Source: Podarcis filfolensis
Lineage: Eukaryota
Assembly (NCBI GenBank): GCA_964270895.1
Contig: OZ185438.1
Reading direction: 5' to 3' (one strand)
Length of the DNA stretch: 64,000 nucleotides
This document shows positions 1 through 9,500 of this stretch, one piece after another. Below the pieces are notes generated by a model. The model saw only the letters and a list, made by a program, of their open reading frames with translations. It was not told the DNA's origin and did no database searches. Position 1 is the stretch's first letter, and every line of letters begins with the position of its first letter. The translations under genes and the position numbers were made by a program.

Positions 1-337
1 GGAATCCCTCCCCAGGGAGCTGAGGTGGGTGGAGGCGGCTCAGCCACTCGCTGCTCACCCTGAGAGCCATCTTCGGCTCCCCTCTCAGAGAGGGTGAGAG
101 GCTTTGGAAACTTCCAGTTGCTGTGGGTGGAAGCAAAGCTAGAGTCAGCAGATCTCTCGCCCAGCATTGGAAGCTGCACTGTCAAAGCACGGCAGCAACC
201 TACTTGGGTTCCCCAAAGTGTGGGGGGACAAGAGCCAAAGGTGCCTCCACCCCGCAGCCAGCCATCGGCCGAGAGTGGCAGGCAGGTGGGTGACTGGGAC
301 GGCTGGGCCCTGCCTCCCGCCTGGCTCCTCTTTGCAG

Positions 338-3300
338 AGGTGGACCACGAGCTGCTCAAGAGCCTGAACGTGATTGACCTCAGCCTCAGCCAGGAGGCGC
401 TGGAGGAGCTGCTGCTGGTGGAGGTCCTGCGGGCCGAGCGGAAGGAGATCCTGAAGAACCAGCAGGCCTTGCAGTTTGGGATCCTGCAGCTGGAGGGGAA
501 GCTGGAGGCCACGGAGGTGAGGCAGGGGCTCCTGTGGCTTGGCGTGGGGAGGTGGGGCGGCCGTGGAGAGGCCGCTCAGCCCAGCCCCGTGGCCCTTCCC
601 CGCAGGAGGAGCTGGTGGCCCTGATTGCCCAGCCGCAGCGCTCTCTGCTGGAGGAGGAGAACTTCATGCCGATGGTGCGGCTGCTGCAGACGCAGATCCA
701 GGCCCTGCACGCCACCCACCAGCACATGGTCTCCCAGCACCAGGACCAGGCGGCGCTGTGCAACAAGTACCGGATGGTGCCCCGCCTGGGCGTGGCCCTG
801 CACCTGGCCCTGCAGCAGGTCTGCCGCCTCCACCCCTCCTACAGCTTCCCCAGCAGCGCCTGCATGGCCCGCGTGCGCCAGGCGCTGCTCTCCACCAAGC
901 GCCAGGAGACCACCAAGCAGGAGTCGCTGGAGTCGCGCCTCCTGGAGCTCAGCAAGGCCGTGCTCCACCACTGCCTCACCGAGGCGGTGCCCTGCCTGCG
1001 GGAGATGGACCGCCTCCTCTACCTCTTCCTGGGGGCCGTGGCCACGCTGAAGGTCTCTGGGGAGATCACCCCGCTGGAGTGGCTGGCCTTCTGCCAGGGC
1101 CTGCGGGAGTCGGCGGCCAAGGAGCTCCTGCAGCCGCCGGCCGGGGGTCCTTGCCCCAGCTGGGTGAGCGCGGAGGCCTGGGAGGAGTGCGGCTTGCTGG
1201 AGAACGTTCCTGGGTTCCAGGGGCTGCAGGCCTCCCTGGCTGGGCAGGCCACCCAGTGGCAGGAGTACTTCCGCCTGCACTCCACCATGGTGGGGCTGGC
1301 CCTGTGTCCCAGCCACACCCACCTCAGGCCTTTCCAGCGCGCCATCCTGTGGCGCATCTTGTGTCCCTCTGCCATGAGCAGCGTGGTCTCGGCCCTCACC
1401 ACCTGCTCGCTGGGCTGGTCTCTCACTGAGGAAATGGCCATCACCTACCCATACTCCTACAGCCGGGCCAACAAGCCCATCATCTTCCACACGCCCTCAG
1501 CCAGCTCTCCAGGCTGCTTCATGCACCCGCTCCTCTGGATCCAGCAGATGGCCACCCAGCGGGGACGAGGGGTGAGCCGGGGACAAGGAGGGGAAGGGGC
1601 AATGGGTGCAGGTGTCAGTTGGGTCCCTCTGGGAGGACAGAGCAAGTAACCAGGCCGCACCCCCATAGGGAAGTGTGGTAGTTATCTCCTTTGGCACCCC
1701 AGATGCCTGCAAGCGGGTTTGGCGGACGCTGCCCATCTGCAGCAAGAGAGGCAAGTGGCTGGTCTTGACCAACTGCCACCTCCAGGAGCACTGGGACCCC
1801 GACTTGCTGCAGCTGCTGGACCAGTTGGTGAAATCCTCAGGTGAGGCGGATGGAAGCAGTGGGAGGTGTCTCTCTCCCCCCAGGCCAAAGCCCCTCTCAC
1901 CTTGCCCTCTTTTTGCACAGGCAAGGTCCCAGGGGGAGGCCTCGAGATCCACACCAAGTTCCGCCTGTGGCTCATCACTGCAGCTGACGCCCCTCATTCC
2001 ATGCCAGGTACCAGGCCAGGGAGGAGGGAGGGAGGCTGATGCCGCAGGGGGGCACAGCCAGAGGGGCCCACTGCCCCCCTTTGCATCTCTCTCTCTCCCA
2101 GGGACCCGCTCCCTCTTGCTCATTGTCATCTGGGCTCTGCCACAGGGCCTTCCGCCTGCCTCTGCGGGAGAAACAGAAGCTGAGCAACTTCTGATGGCCT
2201 CGGCTGTCCTTACTGTCCCTCCCGGCCTCTGCTGTGGTGGTTGATTCTCTTCTGTGCCAACAGAACTCCTGAAGCGCAGTGCCACCTCCCTCTTCTGCGA
2301 TATGCCACTGGAGCTGAAGGGCATCCTGGCACGCAGCCACTACTGGCTGCAGGGGCGAACCCAGAACCTCGACACAGAGCAGCGGCTGCCCCTCCTCGCC
2401 CTCTACGGGGTCCTGCTCTACAGGCAGACCTATGCCCAGTGGACCCAGGCAGAGACATACCTGTGGTGAGTGAAGGAGGTGCTTGCCCTGTCCAGCAGCG
2501 AGGCAAAGGGCCTGCCAGTACATCTCATGGGAGCTTGGAAACTCCTCCTCTGCTTTATGCTACTTGGAAAGCACCCTGAATCGCCACCTGTGGGCTCCCC
2601 ATTCTTCCCCTGCTCTTGGAGCTGCCTGTGTGGGCTAACAAACCAGTCCTTGCCCACAGGGTTGCCACAGAGGGGGCTGCTGGCTGCAAGGGGGGGGGGG
2701 AGCAGAGTGGGAAGCAGCAGCAGCAGCAGCGGATGAGGGCTTGGATCTCCCAGCTGACAGGCAGCCAGGGAAAGGCTGAGGGCTTTCTCCCTGCAGCCCT
2801 TTCTGGCAGCAGCAGGAGGAAGACCCCTTACCTGTGCCTCACAGAATTCGACAGGGCTCCCCTGAGCAGGTGAACTGGAGGGTACCCGGGACGCACCCAT
2901 GGAAGCTGCCAAGTAGGATGAACCTAAGGAGTCCTGCAGCAGCCGGATCAGGCCAGAGGGGCTCCATCTAGTCAGCCTTCTGTTCTCACAGTGACCAACC
3001 AAGAAGGTCCTGAGCAGGAAGGGACCCCATGAGCTCATTCTTGCATTGGCCACAGCAGTCCAGACCCCACTTGTTGGGGGTTTCTTTTGCCCCAAAGTAC
3101 ATCACTTTTCCTTGAGCTGTATTGCATTTGCAATAAAAAGCAAGATGAGCGCCACAACCCCAGAGTTGTCCGCAACTGGACCTAATGGTAAGGGGTCCCT
3201 TTACCTTTACCTTTCATCACTTTTCCTTGCCTTGAATTGCATTTGCCATTTTGATAGCCCCTTTGGAGTTCCTCATAATCCCGCTGGAGTTTAATCACCC

Positions 3301-6300
3301 TGAACAATTTCGTATCAACAGCAAACCTGGGAACCTTACTGCTCACACAACCCTCACAAAAAAAGTTAAAAAGCACAGGTCCCAGCATCAGTCCTGCACA
3401 GCACAGAGGGTGTAAGAGCTGCCGCCTGGATCAGGCCATCTAGCCCAGCCTCCGGTTCCCACGTGGCCAACCAGAGGCACAACAGGAGCCCCAGAGCCCT
3501 CTCCCTTCCCGCGGTTTCTAGCAGCTCCCCCAATGGTGGAGGAAGAGGATTGCCATTGTGGCTCCTCTTTAGAGATGGTGGCTGCCATTGCCTCCTGCGA
3601 GAGCCATCGTCTGGCTCTGTGCTGCAGGAAGAACTTTCTTCCATCTGCCCTTCTGACATTCAGCTTCATTGGACATCTATGCGTTTGAGGGTTACGAGAG
3701 AGGGAGAAAGTTTTCCCCTTTCCACTTACCATGTGCCATGTTGCCCCTCACTTTTTGAACTAAAAAGTCCCAAATGCTGTCTCCTTTCCTTGTAAGGGAG
3801 TCGCTCCACCCCCTTAGGGAGCCCCTCCTGAATCTTTTCCAACTCTGCAATAACCTTTTTGAGGGGAGAGGAGGTGCCCAGAACTGTATATCGTTCTTCA
3901 AATGTGGGCACACACCAGATTCCTGAAACGGCATGATGATACTGGCAGTTTTATTCTCAATTCCTTTCCTACTGATCCCTCGCATGCAAATTTCCTTTTT
4001 CATGGCTGCCACACTGGAATACTTTGTACACCCCACAATTGGGAGAACCACCATTTATTCTTACTTCCTGTTTCTTAACCTGTTTCCCACTGATCCCAAA
4101 ATGAAGTTTACCCAAGAATCTTTCATAGAACCAGAATTGTAGGGGCACCCCAAGGGTCCTTTAGTCCAAGCTCCTGCAATGCAGGAATCACAGCTAAAGA
4201 CTCCTGCTTAAAATCCTTCAGTGAAGGAGAGGCCCGTCCCCTGCCCAGGTCTTCTGTTCCACTGTCCAAGGGCTCTTCCTCTCAGCTGCTGGGACCCTAA
4301 GAAAGTTGAGAGCAGCCCCCCCCCCCCCGGGCCAAGACGGTCCTCACTCTGGCATGCCAGGAGTGCGGTTTTTGCTCTGACCCTGCCCTGTGCCTGAGAT
4401 TGTGCTGCCCTTGCAGGAGCCACGGGGAAGTGTTGGCCGGGCTCAGAATCCAGGAGAGGCTGAACTGCCTAACAGAGGGAGCCCAGGAAGCCCTGCAGGA
4501 GCTGGCCGGTATGGACACAGGGCTGAGTGAGGGGTTCAAGGGGACAGCCTGCAAGAGCCAAGGCCTTGAAGGCCCCCTCCGAAACACGGCTGGCTCTTGT
4601 GCCTCTGCAGGGACCATGCTCTACGGGGGCCACATCCTGGACAGCGGTGATGCCCAAGTGGTGCAGAGCCTGTGCCAGGCCTGCTTGGCTCCTGCCTCCC
4701 CCCTGCAGCCAGCCTCCAGCCTCCAGCAGCTTGTGGCCAAAGTCGTCGGCTGCCCCAACCCAGGTGAGAGAAGATCAGACGAGCCGGCTGGGTCCGGCCC
4801 AGCATCCTGTTCTCACTGCGGGAAACCCGCAAGCAGGACTCAAGCCCAAGAGCAACACCCTCCCCGCCTGCGGTTTCCGGCAAGGGGTATTTGGAAGCCT
4901 TGCTTCCTCCAGCTGTGACCATTGTGGGTGGCCATTGTGGGGCCCTTCATGAATTGGCTAATGTCTTTGAAGAGGGCAGGGAAGAGCCTGCCGGTGGGGG
5001 CGCTGGGTGCTCTGCTGATCCCCCTCCCTTTCCTTGCACCCTGTAGGGAACACGGATGAGGAGGCGGCCGCCGCCACCCAGGCCGGCTTCGAGCAGCTGC
5101 CCAGCCCTATGGAGCCTGCCAGGATCGGCCTGTGCAGCGCGCTGCAGCAGCGGATGCTGGCGGAGCGGAGCCAGGCCTTGCTGGTGGCCTTGCAGGCCTC
5201 CCAGGGCCTGTGGCAGCCCTGCCGGGCCCCCTGCCGCCCGCACACAGGTGCCCTGGAGCAGCTGCTGCGGGACGGGATCCGGCTGGTGCAGGATCTGCAG
5301 GAGCAGCTGAGCGAGTGCGGCTGGGAGGTGGGCTGGAAGGGGTGCCCCCCGCAAGGGCAAGCCCGCCCCCGGCCGCGCCCCCTGCAGCGCTTCCTGCTTG
5401 AGGAGGCGGGCATCCTCCTGGCCCTGCTGAAGCAGGTGGGCCGCGACCTGAGCTGCGCCCAGGAGTGCCTGCAGAGGGAGCCCTGCTCCTCCCGCCGCTG
5501 CAGCACCATCCTCTACCACCTGAAGCAGGGCCGCCTGCCCAGCCCCTGGCTGCCCTACGCCCTCACCGGCCCCCAGGCCCCCCCGGCCTGGCTGCAGACG
5601 CTCAAGCAGCGGACCCAGCTCCTGTGCAGCTACCTGGGCTCCATCAGCGGGCCGCTCGTGGCCCACTACCAGCTGGCTGCCTTCCACCAGCCCCGCCGCC
5701 TCCTCCTGGCCGTGCTGCAAGAGAGGGCTCGCGTGGAGAGGCAGGAGCTGCACCGCTACCAGCTGCACCAACAGGTAGGGAGGGGAGGCCGGGCATGGGG
5801 GTGGGCACAGGGGCAAGCCCAGCAGCCCCGGTCCCTGAGCGCCCCCTTTCCCCCTCCCTCTTGCCTTCCTTTGCCAGGTCCTTCCCAGTGGGCCACCCCC
5901 CACCAGCGCCCCCGAGAAAGGCATCTATCTGAGCGGGCTGGAGCTGCGCCATGCCTTTTGGAAGGCCCACAGTGGGCTGCTGCAGGAGAGCCGCACGGCC
6001 GAGCCCTGCCCGCTGCCCACCATCTGGATCCAGGCCGCCCGCCTGACCTGGGACATGGCCTCTGCTGGCACCACCCCCAAGCTCCCAGCCAACAAGTTCC
6101 TGTGCCCCGTCTACCTGGGGGTCCCCGAGGTCCCTGTGGCGCTGGGCAGCCAGCACGTCACCCTGCACCTGAGCCTGCCTTCCAAGATGGCCCCTGAGCT
6201 GTGCCTCCAGCAGCGTGTCCACGCCGTCAGCCTCCTGCACTGGGAGGGGGACAGCAGCACAGGGCAAAGGCAGCACCCTGCCCCCTCCCCCAGAGCCCCC

Positions 6301-6336
6301 TCCCCAGGACAGCCCCCGCCCCCCTCCCGGGCTTAA
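338..6336 (+). CDS. DNHD1: Dynein heavy chain domain-containing protein 1, 3' part (5' exons lie before the window). Exons 338-516, 606-1571, 1669-1840, 1921-2007, 2264-2465, 4417-4508, 4611-4763, 5047-5774, 5878-6336 (TAA)
   Basis: GT-AG exons join in frame. Dynein C-terminal motifs GKWLVLTNCHL, IHTKFRLWLIT, MLYGGHILD, FLCPVYLG and QQRVHAVS match DNHD1 as I recall it. Syntenic with RRP8/ILK. Confidence 0.9.
3182..4010 (-). mobile_element. Degenerate CR1 LINE ORF2 (reverse transcriptase) fragments in a DNHD1 intron
   Basis: Translations LGPVLFN...FAVDTKLFRVIK (FADDTKL-like) and LKKVIAELEKIQ...LPYKERRQHLGLFS resemble CR1 RT; frameshifted. Confidence 0.8.
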
Positions 6337-6367
6337 CCCACATGACACAGAGAAAGCTATGTACAGA

Positions 6368-6373
6368 AATAAA
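6368..6373 (+). terminator. DNHD1 polyadenylation signal AATAAA
   Basis: AATAAA 31 bp after the DNHD1 stop, preceded by TGTA (6360-6363). Confidence 0.7.
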
Positions 6374-6544
6374 GTGATATATTATTAGTGTGTACAAAAA
6401 GCAGACTTGGGTGCTCTGCCGCTTTGTCAGCCGCCCAGGGCCCTGCAGCCGGGCTATAAATAAGGTGCGCGGCCAGGCACCACTCACTCGCGCCTTGGGG
6501 GATGCCCGTCCCGCAGGCCCCCCCTGCCAGTCCAGCCCTCCTCC

Positions 6545-9500
6545 TCATTTCAGGTCCACGTCAAAATCCAAAACAAGCAGCTTGGTCTCCTCGGTCCCGT
6601 TGCGGCTCCCCACGGCGCACACCAGCTTTGTGTTGGAGGCCCGGATGCGCCAGACCACCCCCCCGCTGCCGCCACTCTCCAGCGCCACCAGGTTGCGCAC
6701 AAACTCGCCCGTCTTGAGGTCCCACAGCTTGACGGTGCCGTCGTCTGAGCTGGTCACCACAAACTTGGAGCTGAACTGGAGGCAGGTGACGGCACTCTGG
6801 TGCTTGCTGGGACCTGCAGAAGGGGGGGCAAAGAAGGTGAGAAGCAGAGATCAGCTGCCATGCCCAGCCACAAGTGCCCAGCCGCCTCTTCCTGGAGGAC
6901 ACCCCTGGTGGCAGGCCTCTGCCCAGAGGGAGAAAAGCCTTCCCCTCCCCAGGACTTTGTGAGGGCCGATGGGGAGTTTCAGGTCCCTGCAGCCCAGCCA
7001 GCTGCCCGCAGCACCCACCTTGCAAGGTCTGCAGACACTGGCCCGTCTTGATGTCCCAGATCTTGACCGTGGAGTCGGCGTTGCCAGAGACCAGGATGTT
7101 GTCGCGCAGCTCCATGCCGCTGGTCAGGGACTGGTGCCCCATCAACGTGTGCAGGCAGTTGCCGCTCTCGGCGTCCCACACGCGGATCGAGGTGTCCAGG
7201 GAGCCACTCACAATGTGGGTCCCATCAAACTGCGCAAGAGAGGGGTGGGAGGAGTGAGGGGCTGTGCGACTCAGGGGATGGGGAGGGAAGGGGTCGGGGT
7301 CCCTCACCTGCAGGGAGTAGACGCGATTGGTGTGGCCTTGCAAGGTGTGGATGCAGCTCTCCGTCTCGGGGTCCCAGACCTTGACCGTGTAGTCGTAGGC
7401 GCCACTCACCACCTTGTGCCCGTCGTACTGGACGCAGCGGACGGCGGCCACATGGCCCATCAGCACGTGCAGGCACTGTCCTGTCTCGATGTCCCAGAGG
7501 CGGAGGGTGGCGTCCCGGGACCCACTCACCACCCTGCCAAGGGAGGAGAGACAAGCAGCTTGAGTCCCAGGCAGGAGGGGCAGGAGGGGTCCCTGGAGCG
7601 ACTTCCCCCCTCCAACCTACCTGCTGCCGTGGAGGTGCATGCAGCGCACGGTGGAGGTGTGCCCGTAGAGGGTGTGCACGCACTCGCCCGTGTCCGCGTT
7701 CCACACCTTGAGGGTGCGGTCTGTTGAGCCGCTGATGACGATGTTGTCCCTCATCTGGGAAGACCAAACGCCCCCCGTGTGCCCCACCAGGGTCTGAACG
7801 CACTGCGGGAGGAGGAGGAAGATGCTCAGAGCCAGGAAGGCGGAGCCACAGCCACCCCCGCCCACAGCACCATTTCCCAGACTCACCTCCCCGGTGACAG
7901 CCGACCACACCTTGAGCGTGTTGTCATCTGAGCCGCTCACAATGCGGTTGCCGCAAAACTGGAGGCAGGTGATGACATGGTCATCGTGGCCCTTCAGAAC
8001 CTGGTCCAGGGAGAGAATTAGCAAGCCAGCCGGCATCACCCTGCACCCCCTTTCTGCGGTTGAGGGAAGGGGCAGCTTCCTCCCCAAGCCCAGGGGCCTT
8101 GAGTTCTCCAAGGCTTGAGACCAGGCCCAGCGGTCAGGAGCTGGCATCAAGCAGGCGGACTTCAAATTCAGCAAGGGCTGGAGGTTCAGCCCCAGTGACA
8201 GCCCCAATTCAAGGAGCAACCAAGTCTCCCCCCCCCCATCCTGCATTTGTGAATAGCCAGAATTATTCTACCTTCTGGATCTCCTTTGCCAGAAGTCAAA
8301 GGTGCTTGCCTGGTCCACCTAGCTCAGCAGCAGCAGCAGCGGCTCACAAGAGTTTGGGGCACATGTCTGTCCCAGCCCACCACTGAGCCCTGGCCCCTGC
8401 CTGGTATAGGACAGGGACTGGGACCCAGCTGGGCACCCAGGCATTGGGTTGCTCTTCCTCCAGAGCCTGCTCTTTGGTCCCCATCGTGCAGCCACCCCGG
8501 AGATCCCAGAGTAGTGTCTTAGCCCATGACCAGGTTCGTAAACCCCGCAGCACGTCACCCCAATGGCGGGGGTCAAGGGTGGTACCTTGGGGGGGCGGGC
8601 ATCCCCGCCACGCCAGTTCATGTCGATTCGGTGCTGCCGCAGGAAGGCCAGTTTCCAGGGGCTGTACATGAAGCCTGGGCTGAGCAGCCGGCGCTTGCGC
8701 AGACTCAGGGGCTCCTCGATACCTGCAGGAGGCAGAAGCGGCTGTGACAGGGAGGAGGCCCAAGGGCAGCCGGGAAGCAACACCGAGCAGGAGCTGAGCC
8801 TCACCTGCATCGCGGCACTTCTCCCGCCACAACAGGTTGTCCTCGGCCAAAATCCGCCAGTAGCGACAGGTCTGCGCCGCCCGGAGCAGGTCCCGTGGCT
8901 CCAGGAACGAGAGCACATAGAGCGCCAACTGCAAAAGGGACAAGATTTCCTCCCATGAAAGGCCTCCCTGGGTGCAAATGGCAAGCCAGGCACGGAGAGC
9001 ATGGGGCTGGGCTGGGCAGCTTCTCGTGTCCACAACAGCAATGTGAAGACTTTGCCATCTAGATGACCTTTCACCCTCACCAGCCGAACATCTGAAGCAG
9101 CCGTCCAATGCTCCTCCAAGAAAAGAGCTGGATCAGAGCCAGGCCTTGGGCAAAGGCCTTTTGGAAAGCCCGTGGTCCACACCTTCCTCCCCCACAGCAG
9201 CTGTCAGGGCCACTGTGGCCACGCAATCCCAAACTGCTTCACAGCCCACAAGGCCTCTCCTGCCTTTCCAATCCAGCACAGAGTCTGCGGCTGAGCTCCC
9301 TGTCCTGACCATCTGGGCCAATCTCTTGCCCTCCAAGCATCCTCCTGCCATTTCTTATTGTCCTCGTTGCCACTCCTGTCTGAGTTGGCTTTCTTTGGAT
9401 GTGTTACAGAGGGCTCCCTATGACACAACTTTTGCTCTAAAAATGGTAGCCTGCACCTCACAAGGGAAGTTCTGCTTTGGCCTGGAGAGGCAGGGAGAGA

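Noticed and set aside
1-93. Possible extra DNHD1 exon (cccag|...|gtgag)
   Set aside because: The one open frame shows no recognisable dynein similarity; the upstream exon is probably outside the window.
4509-4610. Stop-free 102-nt DNHD1 intron read through by ORF 4400-4918
   Set aside because: Good GT/AG sites, and homology (QELAG|TMLYGG) resumes only after splicing; expected by chance at this GC content.
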